A stretch of DNA of 64,000 bases from a bacterium (lineage in GTDB: Bacteria > Patescibacteriota > Saccharimonadia > UBA4664): the NCBI GenBank assembly GCA_016699105.1, contig CP064960.1, positions 136,727-200,726 of the forward strand, written 5' to 3'. Positions 18,582 through 29,352 of the stretch are shown piece by piece (position 1 is the stretch's first letter; the number at the start of each line of letters is the position of its first letter). Under the pieces are notes generated by a model that was not told the origin of the DNA, searched no databases, and saw nothing but the letters and a program-made list of their open reading frames with translations. The position numbers and the translations under genes were made by a program.

Positions 18582-19478
18582 ATGAAAATTCTAGTTTTAG
18601 GAGGTGGAAGTAGCTCAGAACGGGAAGTGTCTTTGCGTTCGAGCCAATCGGTGAAGGTGGGTCTTGTTGAACTAGGACACGACGTAACGTTTATGGATGC
18701 TCGTGATGATGCCGCCAAGATTAGGCAGGTGGCGGCAGACTGCGACCTGATTTTCCCAATTTTACATGGCGTCGGCGGTGAGGACGGCACCGTGCAACGC
18801 CTGCTTGACCAGTTCGATAAACCTTATCTGGGTAGCAATGCTGTGGCTTCGGCCTTATGCTTTGATAAAGCCAGGCTGATCTCGGTGATTGCTACTGCCG
18901 GCGTACACGTGCCGGCTGGTGAGCTAGTGACGGCAGAGAGTTTTGCCCAGAGCCCATTCACCCGACAGCCATTTGTGCTCAAACCAGTGGCCGATGGCTC
19001 CACGGTCGGCTGTTATATTGCCCGGCAATTACCCTACGATGAGGCCAAAGCAATGGAGCTCCTGCAGCACTACGGCACTATGTTGCTCGAGGAACTGGTA
19101 ACCGGTACCGAGCTAACTGTGCCGATACTTGGCGAGAAAGCTTTGCCGGTCATTGAGATCGTGCCGCCTCAAGGCAAAGAGTTTGATTATGAAAACAAGT
19201 ATAACGGCGCCACAGCCGAACTATGCCCACCAGAGCATATTGCTGCAGCCGACCAAGAACGGGCGCAACGAATAGCCGAAAAAGTGCATAGACTCGCCGG
19301 TGCCAGTCATCTATCGCGAACTGATATGATCTTGCGGCCGAATGGCGAACTGGTTGTGCTTGAAATTAATACTTTGCCCGGCATGACTCATCAAAGTCTA
19401 TACCCGAAGTCGGCAGCCGTAGCTGGTTATAGCTGGACGCAACTGCTCGATAAATTCGTCGAACTAGCTACGACGTAG
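18582..19478 (+). CDS. ddl: D-alanine--D-alanine ligase
   Basis: 'KILVLGGGSSSEREVSLRS' and ATP-grasp motifs 'ELVTGTELTVPILG' and 'LEINTLPGMT'. Confidence 0.9.
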   Translation: MKILVLGGGSSSEREVSLRSSQSVKVGLVELGHDVTFMDARDDAAKIRQVAADCDLIFPILHGVGGEDGTVQRLLDQFDKPYLGSNAVASALCFDKARLISVIATAGVHVPAGELVTAESFAQSPFTRQPFVLKPVADGSTVGCYIARQLPYDEAKAMELLQHYGTMLLEELVTGTELTVPILGEKALPVIEIVPPQGKEFDYENKYNGATAELCPPEHIAAADQERAQRIAEKVHRLAGASHLSRTDMILRPNGELVVLEINTLPGMTHQSLYPKSAAVAGYSWTQLLDKFVELATT

Positions 19479-20123
19479 CGTAATCCGGTAGACCTGGTAC
19501 CCAAAACCAGAATTGGGACTACTTGAGGTATTAACTTGTTGCAAATTGTAGCTATAGCGGGCAGCGAGTTCCGACAGTAGTGTTTGATCGGCAAAACTTG
19601 CCCAGCTCATAAATAACTGTCCATCAAGCCGAAGATATTGTGGCAATTCTGCAAATAACCGCTTAACTACTTGATTACCTTCATCCCAAAAACATCGAGC
19701 CGTCAGATCGGGCGCGGCGGCGTCAGTGTAGGGCGGATTGGCTGTTATGGTATCAAATTGGCGCGATTGCGATGGCCATAAGTCGCTCGTTTCAAACGTG
19801 GCATTGGTGAGCCCGAGGCGACGGGCATTGGCTTGGGCACTGGCGACTGCCGCTGGGTTTATATCAGTACCATAGACCGACGTATTTGAAATCTGAGCTG
19901 CCTTGAGTGCAACAGCTCCAGCGCCTGTACAGACATCCAGTACGTGCTGACCCGGAACAATTTGAATTGAGTCGCACAGCAGCTGTGTATCTGAACCACC
20001 CGGGAAGACAGTCGGCAGGGCGTTTATTTCTAATCCAGATATTTGTTTGGTGATTGGCTGGGTGGCTTCTCGGTATGATTGTATTTTGGTGGCTTGGCGC
20101 TTGAGCGCTTCGGTTTGTGACAT
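19464..20123 (-). CDS. HemK/PrmC-family SAM-dependent methyltransferase (NPPY motif)
   Basis: 'VLDVCTGAGAVAL' (motif I) and 'ITANPPYT' (motif IV). Confidence 0.7.
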   Translation of the reverse strand: MSQTEALKRQATKIQSYREATQPITKQISGLEINALPTVFPGGSDTQLLCDSIQIVPGQHVLDVCTGAGAVALKAAQISNTSVYGTDINPAAVASAQANARRLGLTNATFETSDLWPSQSRQFDTITANPPYTDAAAPDLTARCFWDEGNQVVKRLFAELPQYLRLDGQLFMSWASFADQTLLSELAARYSYNLQQVNTSSSPNSGFGYQVYRITLRRS

Positions 20124-20242
20124 ATTGTTGATTATAGGTGGTTAACACACTTTGAGAAACCATTCTGCATTTCCTGCAGAACGAAGCTGTCTGAGTGTGA
20201 CAGCGGAGTGTTTGGTTTCGAAAAGTGGGTCAACCAAGTAAT

Positions 20243-21826
20243 TTAAGTAAAGTTCATGGTGCGCAAGATGGCATCGCGCAGGCGGCCAATGAACTGTTTG
20301 GCTTCGGGTAATCGCAAGAAGTAGCAGGGTGCTAGGTAGGTGATAGCCGCTACCAGCGAAATAGTGGCGAATTTGGGAGCCAGGACTTCGAAACCTTTGT
20401 CGGTGGCATAGAGTGGCAAGAGGTTGGTAATCACCAGATAGGTACAACAGGCCATGATGATACCGGCTGCTAGCATGCGTATACCTCCGGAAAGTACTTC
20501 TTTCCCGCCAAATGAATGTTCGCGTCGATTGAGGATCCAAATGAGAATGAGTGTTTCCAGGGCAGCGATGATACTGGCGCTCGCTGCTAGACCCGGCACG
20601 CCGTATTGTTGCGACAAGAACCAACCCAGAGCGATGTTGGCCGGTACACTCGCTAAGCTCAAATACAAGGGTGTGCGAGTATCCTGCATGGCGTAATAGA
20701 CCCGCGAGACGAGCATAAACAGGCTCAAGAAAACGATGGTACCAGCAAACGCACCTAGCGTATTAGCCACAATGACATCGCCGTCACCCTGGAGCAGGCG
20801 CACGATATAACCACGAGCAACAAAGGCAAACAAGGCCGCCGGTATCGCCAGAAAGAGGATGATGCGAGCTGTTTGGACATACGCTTTGATGAGTTTCTCC
20901 CTACCGGAGGCAGCCGCTTGCGATAGTCGCGGGAAAACGGCAGTCGTGATGGAGCTACCGATGAGCACTAATGGCACGTTTTTGAGGTTATTAGCATAAG
21001 CGAACTGGCCGACGGCAGCCGTGGAAATGAGCGAGCCAATCATAGTCTCGGCGAGATAATGGATTTGGTCGATGCCCTGATCGATGCTGCGCGGGATCAT
21101 CAGTTTGAGGGTTTTGCGCACACCAGCAAGCTTGAGATTGAGCACGGGGCGGTAATGAAAACCAAGCCCAGCCAGTCCTACGATCTGGATGATTGCTTGG
21201 AGAATGACGCCGATGACGACGCCCCAAGCAACACCGTTAATTCCAAGGTGCGGGGCAAACCATTGGATGCCGATGATAATGCCAAGATTGTAGAGTATAC
21301 CCGCTATCGAGAAGATGAAGAACCGGTTGAAAGCCTGCTGGACACTGCCGAGGATACTGGAAATGGCAAATAGTACCGGCGAAACGGCCATGATACGGGT
21401 CAGTTGGACGGTGAGATCGTGCGTGTGTCGGTCAAAACCGGGGGTGAATAACGTGGTGAGCGGGTCGGCAAATATGAAGATGAGCACGGCACCGGCAATA
21501 GTGCCAAGTACCAGCAAATTAAGTAACGAAGCCGTAATGTCCCAAGCTTCAGGCTCTTGATCAGCTTTGAGTTTGGCGGTAAAGACCGGAATGAAGGCCA
21601 CGGCGAAGGCACCAGAGATGAGGAGAGTAAAGAGCAACTCCGGCAACCTGAAGGCTGCGTTGTAAGCTGATAGTTCCGGACCGTAGCCAAAATGCGTGAT
21701 GAGGAGACGATCCCGAAACAGGCCAATGAGCCGGCTGACCAGATAGGCAAACGAGATAAGTATAGCCGCAGCACCGACGGTTTGGCGGCGGTTGGCAAGC
21801 TGAAGTAAGCGGCGGGCGTGATCCAT
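20243..21826 (-). CDS. murJ: Lipid II flippase MurJ (MviN family)
   Basis: 527-aa polytopic protein. N-terminal 'LISRLIGLFRDRLLITHFG' is typical of MurJ. Confidence 0.85.
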   Translation of the reverse strand: MDHARRLLQLANRRQTVGAAAILISFAYLVSRLIGLFRDRLLITHFGYGPELSAYNAAFRLPELLFTLLISGAFAVAFIPVFTAKLKADQEPEAWDITASLLNLLVLGTIAGAVLIFIFADPLTTLFTPGFDRHTHDLTVQLTRIMAVSPVLFAISSILGSVQQAFNRFFIFSIAGILYNLGIIIGIQWFAPHLGINGVAWGVVIGVILQAIIQIVGLAGLGFHYRPVLNLKLAGVRKTLKLMIPRSIDQGIDQIHYLAETMIGSLISTAAVGQFAYANNLKNVPLVLIGSSITTAVFPRLSQAAASGREKLIKAYVQTARIILFLAIPAALFAFVARGYIVRLLQGDGDVIVANTLGAFAGTIVFLSLFMLVSRVYYAMQDTRTPLYLSLASVPANIALGWFLSQQYGVPGLAASASIIAALETLILIWILNRREHSFGGKEVLSGGIRMLAAGIIMACCTYLVITNLLPLYATDKGFEVLAPKFATISLVAAITYLAPCYFLRLPEAKQFIGRLRDAILRTMNFT

Positions 21827-21919
21827 TAGCAGCTATTATAGCGCGAATCTTTACCGGCTAGTGTGTTTTTAAATATGGGTGTGATATGGTTGTCAAACAA
21901 TGCGAGAAAGCTAGCCGTC

Positions 21920-22981
21920 ATGAAAAGTATTGATGCAATAATTGTACCGGCAAGTCGTCCGGTAATAAACTTAGCCTACGCAACCCAAATTGCACAATTA
22001 ACTGGCAGCATTCTGGTTACCTTATGCAGCCGGAGCGTAACCGCGAGTCAAGCGCGTAATTTGACGTCGCAACCGAGTATAAATTTAAATGTAGATTATC
22101 AGTATAACCACGAGTTATTAGACGGATTTTTTACAAACGACTGTGCACAAGCTCTTACGGGTAGGCGGCTGAATGATATTTCTATAAAACGAAATCTAGG
22201 CCTACTACTGGCCAGGCTTGTTGGTTGGCAAACTATACTGTATCTCGACGATGATATCACCTACCTAGAAGGTCTTGATGCTACCAAAATGACGTTATCG
22301 GAGCACGGAATTATGGGCTGGAAGGTACTCAATTTTCCAGATAACTCAGTCGTGAGGCATGCCGAACGACTCAGTGGACATGAGCCGGGATTATCTCTGT
22401 CTGGTTCACCACTGATGATTGATACAAGATTTTCCGATCGTTTTTTTCCTAATATATATAATGAAGATTGGTTGTTCTTTCATGAATTACTTGGCAATAC
22501 GAATCCGTACATAATTGGTCAAGCAAAACAAAAAGCATACGATCCATTTCTAACCCCAATGCGCGCTGTAGGAGAGGAGTTTGGCGATTTGATTGCTGAG
22601 GGATTACGGACTCTGATACGGTTCGGAATACCCAGTCATGAAGCTACGAAGCTCGATTGGCAGGATATTATTAATGAGCGTCAAATCCTCATTAGAGATA
22701 CCTCAGCTCAGCTTCTGAATATAAGCCAGAGTAATATGGTGCGAACCGCGCAAGCTTCATTACAGGCTGCTGCAACTCGTTTAGATTCAATTCGACCAGA
22801 AGATTGTACGCAATACGTTCAAGGTTGGCGCAAGGATAGAGAATTGTGGCAGTTGCGATATTCTAGAATTCCCTCAGACTTGACGATCACGGCGGCCTTA
22901 AAATATCTTAAACTCGACCATGCTCCGATTTTTACCGATCGTTCAATACGGTTAAAGCATGCGCTCGGTAGCGTTTACTAA
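21920..22981 (+). CDS. Hypothetical protein, possible GT-A-fold glycosyltransferase-like; low-GC
   Basis: 'IDAIIVPASRP' and a DxD-like 'ILYLDDDITY'. The region is visibly AT-rich relative to its flanks. Start taken at the internal Met 'MKSIDAII'. Confidence 0.35.
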   Translation: MKSIDAIIVPASRPVINLAYATQIAQLTGSILVTLCSRSVTASQARNLTSQPSINLNVDYQYNHELLDGFFTNDCAQALTGRRLNDISIKRNLGLLLARLVGWQTILYLDDDITYLEGLDATKMTLSEHGIMGWKVLNFPDNSVVRHAERLSGHEPGLSLSGSPLMIDTRFSDRFFPNIYNEDWLFFHELLGNTNPYIIGQAKQKAYDPFLTPMRAVGEEFGDLIAEGLRTLIRFGIPSHEATKLDWQDIINERQILIRDTSAQLLNISQSNMVRTAQASLQAAATRLDSIRPEDCTQYVQGWRKDRELWQLRYSRIPSDLTITAALKYLKLDHAPIFTDRSIRLKHALGSVY

Positions 22982-24873
22982 GTCGCGGTAGGTGCGACCA
23001 CCGGGCCAGGACCAATGTCTTGAGGTTCGTCCGATCCGCGGCGAGGTTCAGTGGGAGCGGGGACATTGGGGCGAGGTCCAACGAGGGCCAGGAAGTCGTC
23101 TTTGTCGATGATTTCGTCAGTCATGAGCTTGTCAGCGATTTTGTCGACTTGTTTGCGGTACTTACGGATGACAGCGGCGGCGCGTTGGGCAGCTTCGGAA
23201 ATTAGTACCTCGACTTCTTCGTCGATAATGCGGGCAACGTCTTCGGAATAAGCCCGGTTGGCGGTAAAGTCACGGCCTAAGAATACCTCTTGGTGGGTAC
23301 TAAAGACCCGGTGCGGTAGGCGTTGGCTCATACCATAATCCATAATCATGCGCCGGGCAGTGGCCGTGGCTTTCTCGAGGTCGTTGGAAGCGCCCGTGGT
23401 GATTTCGCCAAAGATGACGTATTCAGCCATGCGGCCCCCGAGCATGACACCCATGTCGTCTTTGAAAGCGGCTACGGAGATGAGGTTGCGCTCTTCTTCG
23501 GGCAATTGCCAGGTCCAGCCGCCGGCACTACCGCGGGAAATGATGGAGATTTTGTTGACCGGATGGGCATTGGGCAACACGTGGGCTACGATGGCGTGAC
23601 CAGCTTCGTGGTAGGCCGTAATCTTCTTTTCGACCAGGTTCATGAGACGCGATTTGCGCTCTGGTCCCATCATGACTTTTTCTAAGCTTGCCGTTAGATC
23701 TTTGTGAGTAACAGACTTTTGATCCTGACGGGCGGCCAAAATAGCAGCCTCATTCATGAGGTTCTCCAGATCGGCACCAGAGAAACCAGGGGTTTTCTTG
23801 GCGATTTCTTCCAGATCGGTGTCTTTTGCTAAGGGCTTACCGACAGCATGAACTTTGAGAATCGCTTGGCGACTCTTGAGATCGGGCGTATCAAGAGTGA
23901 CGCGACGATCAAAGCGACCGGGACGCAACAAGGCTGGGTCGAGGACATCGGGTCGGTTGGTAGCAGCCATCACAATTACATTGGTGCCTTGCTCGAAGCC
24001 GTCCATTTCGACCAGGATCTGATTGAGTGTTTGTTCGCGCTCGTCATGCCCACCGCCCATACCAGTACCGCGCTGTCGGCCGACGGCGTCAATTTCATCG
24101 ATAAATATAATGCAGGGTGCGTTCTTTTTGGCTTTGGTGAAGAGATCTCGAACGCGTGAGGCACCAACACCGACGAACATTTCTACGAAGTCAGAACCGG
24201 CGATCGAGAAGAACGGCACACCGGCTTCGCCCGCTACGGCCCGGGCTAGCAGGGTTTTACCGGTACCAGGAGGACCAAAGAGCAAGACACCTTTGGGGAT
24301 TTTGGCACCTAGGGCTTCAAACTTTGCAGGATATTTCAAGAACTCAACAATTTCGGTGAGTTCTTGCTTGGCTTCTTCAGCGCCGGCGACTTCGGCAAAG
24401 GTGACCTTCTTTTTGTCGGCACCATAGAGCCTGGCCCGGGACTTGCCGAAGTTCATGGCTTGATTACCTTGGCCCTGCGCCTGGCGAGTCAAGAAGTAGA
24501 TAAAGCCAATTATGAGCAAGAACGGACCAATAGTAACTAGTAACTGTAGCCAGAGGCTGGGATCGGCGTTCGGGTCTTTGGTTGTCACTTTGACTTTACT
24601 GGTATCAAGCCCATAGTCGGTGACGACACTGGTGCTGTTGGAGTCTTTGAAAGCAAATTGCTTGGGAGCGTTCGAGTCTTTGAGGGTAGCGGTAATCTTG
24701 CTGCCGTCTACCTCAATGGCGGCTACTTTGTCTTCTTTGATCTCGTTGATAAGGGTAGAGAGCGGTACCTCATCAATGCGCTGTTGAGGTGTGGTTAATA
24801 CAATAACGGCAGCCATCGCCAAAATAGCGGCTAGCAGGAAGAGGAAGTTGCGGGTGTTGGATTTCAGTTTCAA
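22978..24873 (-). CDS. ftsH: ATP-dependent zinc metalloprotease FtsH
   Basis: Walker A 'GPPGTGKT', SRH '[19 protein letters not shown]' and zinc motif 'HEAGHA'. Confidence 0.95.
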   Translation of the reverse strand: MKLKSNTRNFLFLLAAILAMAAVIVLTTPQQRIDEVPLSTLINEIKEDKVAAIEVDGSKITATLKDSNAPKQFAFKDSNSTSVVTDYGLDTSKVKVTTKDPNADPSLWLQLLVTIGPFLLIIGFIYFLTRQAQGQGNQAMNFGKSRARLYGADKKKVTFAEVAGAEEAKQELTEIVEFLKYPAKFEALGAKIPKGVLLFGPPGTGKTLLARAVAGEAGVPFFSIAGSDFVEMFVGVGASRVRDLFTKAKKNAPCIIFIDEIDAVGRQRGTGMGGGHDEREQTLNQILVEMDGFEQGTNVIVMAATNRPDVLDPALLRPGRFDRRVTLDTPDLKSRQAILKVHAVGKPLAKDTDLEEIAKKTPGFSGADLENLMNEAAILAARQDQKSVTHKDLTASLEKVMMGPERKSRLMNLVEKKITAYHEAGHAIVAHVLPNAHPVNKISIISRGSAGGWTWQLPEEERNLISVAAFKDDMGVMLGGRMAEYVIFGEITTGASNDLEKATATARRMIMDYGMSQRLPHRVFSTHQEVFLGRDFTANRAYSEDVARIIDEEVEVLISEAAQRAAAVIRKYRKQVDKIADKLMTDEIIDKDDFLALVGPRPNVPAPTEPRRGSDEPQDIGPGPVVAPTAT

Positions 24874-24934
24874 GATGAGAACCTGTCAGCATTAAAGGGT
24901 AATTATAAACCGAGCCAGTGTATTATACGATATC

Positions 24935-25882
24935 TTATCCGATTTGTGAGGCATTTTTGTCGAGAAGTGTAACCTGTTGGTTGGTAATGGCCAATTTGAG
25001 CCGCGATCCGATGGGGCGATGGCGACCAGGCGAGCCGGTTTGACTAAATAAAGCCAGTTCATGGACGAGCCGGTGATTGAGCTCATGATCTGGCGCCATA
25101 TGACGCATGGCGGTGACTAAAACTTCGGCGGTTTCGGTTAAGCTGAAGGTTTTGTAGACGGCCACAGGCCAGCGGAATCCGTCGGTAGCCCGGTACGGAT
25201 CGAGCAAAAAGGATAAATCGGTTTCGATGGCTTGATTGAGAGCTGCCACTTTGTCCAGGGCGGCCACATATTGCTGGCGCCAGTCGGCAGTCGCCGCGGG
25301 CAGGAGTTGGTGCCGGACGAAATTGCGGGGATTGGTAGTGTCGGCGTTAGTGGGGTCTTCCCGCCAGTTTAGCTGATGGCTCTGGGCGTAGTGCCTTAGC
25401 TGGGTACGGGCAATGGCCAGCAACGGTCGGATTACCGGCATACCATCGAGCGTGACACCCTGCATAGGCGCTAGTCCCCGTCGCCCAGTACCGCGGGCGA
25501 GATTGAGGAGGCTTGTTTCCAGAAGATCATCTTGATGATGGGCGGTAATGATGGCGACAGCTTTAATTTGCCGAGCTGTTTGGGCAAGCAATTGGTATCG
25601 AGCTTGTCGGGCAGCCGCTTCACTGGCGTGAGGTGACAATTGCGCATGGTTGACGATGCAGCTCAATTCATAGTTCTGAGCGGCTTCAACCACAAACTGA
25701 GCATCGGTAGCCGAATCGGATCTAAGGCCATGATCGACATGAGCGATAGAGAGCCGGTAGCCACTATCAGACGTGGCGAACAGGTCGAGGAGCACCATGG
25801 AATCAGCACCACCAGAAACTGCTAGGAGGTACGTGCCAGGCTGAGGCCAGCTGACGGATGAGATGAGATTGTGCTCGGTCAT
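24935..25882 (-). CDS. tilS: tRNA(Ile)-lysidine synthetase TilS
   Basis: PP-loop 'LLAVSGGADSMVLL'. Confidence 0.85.
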   Translation of the reverse strand: MTEHNLISSVSWPQPGTYLLAVSGGADSMVLLDLFATSDSGYRLSIAHVDHGLRSDSATDAQFVVEAAQNYELSCIVNHAQLSPHASEAAARQARYQLLAQTARQIKAVAIITAHHQDDLLETSLLNLARGTGRRGLAPMQGVTLDGMPVIRPLLAIARTQLRHYAQSHQLNWREDPTNADTTNPRNFVRHQLLPAATADWRQQYVAALDKVAALNQAIETDLSFLLDPYRATDGFRWPVAVYKTFSLTETAEVLVTAMRHMAPDHELNHRLVHELALFSQTGSPGRHRPIGSRLKLAITNQQVTLLDKNASQIG

Positions 25883-25897
25883 GCCGGGGATTGTAGC

Positions 25898-26404
25898 TTA
25901 GATGAAGCGGCCAATCCAGCGGTGGGCACCTTGCAAGTAGTATTCAGGATGATCCTTGATGTCGGATTTGAGTTTGGCTGGACTCAGCCAGCGAATCGCC
26001 GAAACTTCTTCGGGCTCAAGTACAAATTGCTCGACCGGCCAATCGCAGGTCGCAAAAAACCACTTACAAAAGTAGGTACGGCCAGGCTCATCTTTGCCAA
26101 TAAAGACTTTGGGGCCAGGAGTAAACTCGATGCCAGTGAGGCCAATTTCTTCGGCGGCTTCCTTGACGATATTGTCATGGTAGCTCTCCCCGGCTTCGAC
26201 CGTACCTGCTGCTGCCGGTCCCCATAATCCGCCAGAATTATTCATGTTGGGATGGCGCTGGGCAATGAGGATATCGCCCTGTGAGTTTGTCAGCCACAGT
26301 GCACTTACACGGTAAATGTGGTGGTCAGCGCGTTGCTCGGGCGTAATCCAACCCAAGACTTCGTCTTGGTCGTTGACGTGCTGGATGAGGCGCGTTTGGC
26401 TCAT
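25898..26404 (-). CDS. NUDIX hydrolase
   Basis: Nudix box 'GTVEAGESYHDNIVKEAAEEIGL'. Confidence 0.75.
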   Translation of the reverse strand: MSQTRLIQHVNDQDEVLGWITPEQRADHHIYRVSALWLTNSQGDILIAQRHPNMNNSGGLWGPAAAGTVEAGESYHDNIVKEAAEEIGLTGIEFTPGPKVFIGKDEPGRTYFCKWFFATCDWPVEQFVLEPEEVSAIRWLSPAKLKSDIKDHPEYYLQGAHRWIGRFI

Positions 26405-26874
26405 GCGTGATGATCTCCATGTTGACTGTGATGGTCGTGAAATTGATGCAACAGGGCATGGCCGCGGCCGCGAGCAATCAGCCAGCGGTTAATCGGAACG
26501 GTGACAATAAAGGCTACGACGAGCGATGTGACCAAACTAACCCAAAAGAGCATACTCGATAATCCAGCCGCTAATGCACCGGGGACGATCAGCATAAAGG
26601 CATTGTCGGCAATTTCCATGGTAGCAATTGAAACACTGTCGGCTGCCACTGCGGTACGGGCAGCTACCGGCCACGTCAATCCAGCCCGGCGTAATGGCCA
26701 AATACTAAGACTATATCCAAAAGCAAAAGCTAAGAATACTGCCAATAACACTGCTAGCCAGGCCGGCCAGGCCAACGCCGTACCAATGATCATGCCGAGC
26801 ACTTCACCAATAGCGCAGCCAGTCAGACAGTGCAGCGTAGCTGAGACCGCTTGGCGGGTCAAATTATCATACAT
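26401..26874 (-). CDS. DUF4396-like membrane protein
   Basis: 'ATLHCLTGCAIGEVLGMIIG' motif. The tracker ORF extends to 26988 across a tRNA, so the start is set at the internal Met (~26874). Confidence 0.5.
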   Translation of the reverse strand: MYDNLTRQAVSATLHCLTGCAIGEVLGMIIGTALAWPAWLAVLLAVFLAFAFGYSLSIWPLRRAGLTWPVAARTAVAADSVSIATMEIADNAFMLIVPGALAAGLSSMLFWVSLVTSLVVAFIVTVPINRWLIARGRGHALLHQFHDHHSQHGDHHA

Positions 26875-26897
26875 CGAAGAGTCTAACAAATAATACC

Positions 26898-26972
26898 TGG
26901 TGGCTACGGGTAGATTCGAACTACCGACCAAGAGCTTATGAGTCTCCTGCTCTACCACTGAGCTACGCAGCC
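26898..26972 (-). tRNA. tRNA-Met (CAT anticodon; elongator or Ile2/lysidine type)
   Basis: Minus-strand read: ggctgcgtagctcagtggtagagcaggagactCATaagctcttggtcggtagttcgaatctacccgtagccacca. Cloverleaf with a 7-bp acceptor, GTTCGAATC T-loop and encoded CCA. Confidence 0.8.
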
Positions 26973-27126
26973 AGGGGATAACTGCCAAATTATAACCTGA
27001 TATAAGGGTAAAGTCTACGGTGTTTCCGGTACGGTTTTGCCCACCCTACCGACAAGGGTCAAGGCGTGATCGCCGCACCGGTTGCGCCTATGCTGTAACC
27101 GCCTAGAGTTCATTTAGGCAATCTCG

Positions 27127-27170
27127 TGCCCGGGGAGACACCCGCCCGCTCTTCCCGGGCACTTTTCATT
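27127..27170 (+). terminator. Rho-independent terminator-like hairpin on plus strand
   Basis: gtgcccgggg...ccccgggcac forms a 10-bp GC stem and is followed by ttttcatttt. Confidence 0.45.
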
Positions 27171-27435
27171 TTGATATTGAAGGCATCGTCGACTATATTA
27201 TCCCTCACTACATTCACGCGATTAGTCGCATTATGCGACCTATGTTGTAATAGCCCAAATTGTCGAGCAAATGTGGCTCTATATAGGCCTTCTAAATGCT
27301 TATACTGGACATATTAAGCAATGGGTCGCAGATTGAGATATATATACTTTATGGTTAGTTACGGAATCGGGAATAATCTCAGATAACTTATATGCGTAAG
27401 CGCAGAGCGCAAAACTACCGCTGCGATACAAGAAA

Positions 27436-27463
27436 ACGACCCAAAACTGGGTCGTTTTTGATA
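27436..27463. terminator. Bidirectional intrinsic terminator hairpin
   Basis: acgaccca-aaac-tgggtcgt stem, flanked by a T-run on the plus strand (ttttt). On the minus strand it reads UUUUCUU, downstream of the initiator tRNA. Confidence 0.5.
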
Positions 27464-27469
27464 ATTTCT

Positions 27470-27546
<77 letters not shown>

Positions 27547-27633
27547 TCGTACCTGGGATAATGTATCATGTTTTTACCTAGTGCGTCAAGATCGAGGGCG
27601 TGCTAGAATAACAGCATCAAGAAGAGGAAACGT

Positions 27634-28794
27634 ATGAAAAAGCGATGGTTTGCTGCAGCCGCGTTGGCTCTAGCCCTGATACCAGGGGGCGCTTTGGCCT
27701 TTGGTTACGATCAAGGACAACATGTAGTAATAGCCGAGGGACAGACTAAGTCCGGCACGTTTTTTGCCAGTGCCCAAACGATTGAAGTCCGTGGCACAAT
27801 TGATGGTGATTTAGTCTGTGCAGGCAACGATGTCAATATCACCGGTACCGTCAATGGTGATGTCATTTGTGCAGCCCAAAACATTCGGGTATCGGGCATA
27901 GTCTATGGTAGTGTGCGTGCTGCTGGTCAGACAGTAGAAGTGGGCGGGGATGTCGGCCGTAACCTAATGCTCTTCGGCCAGACGGTGCGTACCAATAGTG
28001 GCACCAACGTAGGTGGAGACGTCGGAGTCTTTGGTCAGATTGCCGAGCTATCTGGATCATTGGCACATGATGTGTATGGTGCCCAACAAACGCTCATTAT
28101 TAATGGTCAAGTGACCGGCAATGTGTCGGCGGCCACCGAGGTCATGCGACTCGGCGATACCGCCTTCGTGGAAGGTAATGTCTGGTATAGCGGTACCGAA
28201 GCTTCGACGTTTGATCAGAGTAAGGTCAATGGCACGGTCTACTTCACTGAACGGCCGACCCAAGCCCAACAGCAAAGCAACCGGGGTGCCAAAGTAGCTG
28301 GTTGGGTTTACTGGACTGTGGCAATGTGGTTAGCGGCAGCGGTATTAATTCTGGCCGTTCCACGGGGTTTGCGAGCGGTATCGAAGACTATGCAAACTCG
28401 TCCTGGTTTGAGCTTTGGTTGGGGCGCATTAGTATTATTCGCGACGCCGATGGCTCTGATCTTACTTGCCGTAACTGTCTTCGGACTGCCGGTCATGTTT
28501 GCCATTTTGCTCTTATGGCTGACGGCCATGGCATTTACCCCGGTATGGGCAGGCGTCAGTGTCGGTCATTGGCTGTTGCGCAAAGCCCGTTGGCACGCCG
28601 ATTCACTATGGTGGAGTGCCGGTCTCGGTGTGGTAGTATTGCTGCTAGCTGCGCAATTGCCACTGTTTGGGCCGCTCGTAACTGTATTAGCGCTCGTATG
28701 GTCACTCGGTGGCCTCGTAGTTTCGATCGTTTCAGCAGGACGAACTACGCCTAAGGCTGGGGTTGCCCCCGCAAAAAACTCAGCCACAAGCTGA
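27634..28794 (+). CDS. Membrane protein with signal peptide, bactofilin-like (polymer-forming) repeat domain and C-terminal TM segments
   Basis: 'MKKRWFAAAALALALIPGGALA' signal, then repetitive 'V.GDV...V.G.V.G' beta-solenoid-like repeats (GTIDGDLVCAGNDVNITGTVNGDVICAAQNIRVSG...). Four hydrophobic helices at the C-terminus. Confidence 0.5.
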   Translation: MKKRWFAAAALALALIPGGALAFGYDQGQHVVIAEGQTKSGTFFASAQTIEVRGTIDGDLVCAGNDVNITGTVNGDVICAAQNIRVSGIVYGSVRAAGQTVEVGGDVGRNLMLFGQTVRTNSGTNVGGDVGVFGQIAELSGSLAHDVYGAQQTLIINGQVTGNVSAATEVMRLGDTAFVEGNVWYSGTEASTFDQSKVNGTVYFTERPTQAQQQSNRGAKVAGWVYWTVAMWLAAAVLILAVPRGLRAVSKTMQTRPGLSFGWGALVLFATPMALILLAVTVFGLPVMFAILLLWLTAMAFTPVWAGVSVGHWLLRKARWHADSLWWSAGLGVVVLLLAAQLPLFGPLVTVLALVWSLGGLVVSIVSAGRTTPKAGVAPAKNSATS

Positions 28795-29122
28795 AGTTTG
28801 ACTCATTGACAGCTGGATCTGGCACTGGCGTTGGCAACGGCGTCGGTGCAGATTTAGCGATGATGACTACGTTTTCGCCTGGTTTTTGTAAGCCAAGTTT
28901 GGCCCGGGCTTCGCGCTCACGAAACGAATCGGTCGTAAAATAGGTAATGTTGTTGGCTAGTTCCTTTTTCTGGCTCTCCAACATGCTGATTTCGGCTCGG
29001 AGGCTGGCAGATTGTTCATCGAGGTCGTGGTTTTTCTTGACGGTTTGTACAAGCACGACTAATAGATAGAGCACAACTAAACCGGCAGCAATGTTGAAGA
29101 GATTGGGCCAGGTGAACTTCAT
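28751..29122 (-). CDS. FtsB/DivIC-like septum-formation initiator (TM + coiled coil)
   Basis: N-terminal TM 'IAAGLVVLYLLVVLV', followed by 'LDEQSASLRAEISMLESQKKELANNI'. Confidence 0.5.
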   Translation of the reverse strand: MKFTWPNLFNIAAGLVVLYLLVVLVQTVKKNHDLDEQSASLRAEISMLESQKKELANNITYFTTDSFREREARAKLGLQKPGENVVIIAKSAPTPLPTPVPDPAVNESNFSLWLSFLRGQPQP

Positions 29123-29352
29123 ACTTCTTATAGTAGCACTTCAACAAGAATTGCCTGGCCGAATAACTCTTGCTTGCTCACGATCGCCATCAATGACCTA
29201 TCCAGATAGCATTTGCTTGCTCACGAACGCCGACCGCAGAGTAAACACGTTTATGTATTATTACCTACATGAGCTGCGCAACCTTATCTGGTTCGGTCTT
29301 AAAAATAAGCTATATCTAATCTGATATCCGTGTATAATAAGTGCGTTACCGC

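Noticed and set aside
26401-26988. Tracker ORF extending the DUF4396 gene to 26988, and ORF 27300..27569
   Set aside because: Both run straight through tRNA genes (26898–26972 and 27470–27546). The starts were moved or the ORF discarded.
27000-27170. Assigning the structured intergenic segment to SRP/4.5S, 6S, tmRNA or RNase P RNA
   Set aside because: No GGAA tetraloop/AGCAGC (SRP) or tRNA-like CCA end (tmRNA) was found on either strand, and there is no P4 pseudoknot consensus. It is kept only as an unclassified candidate.
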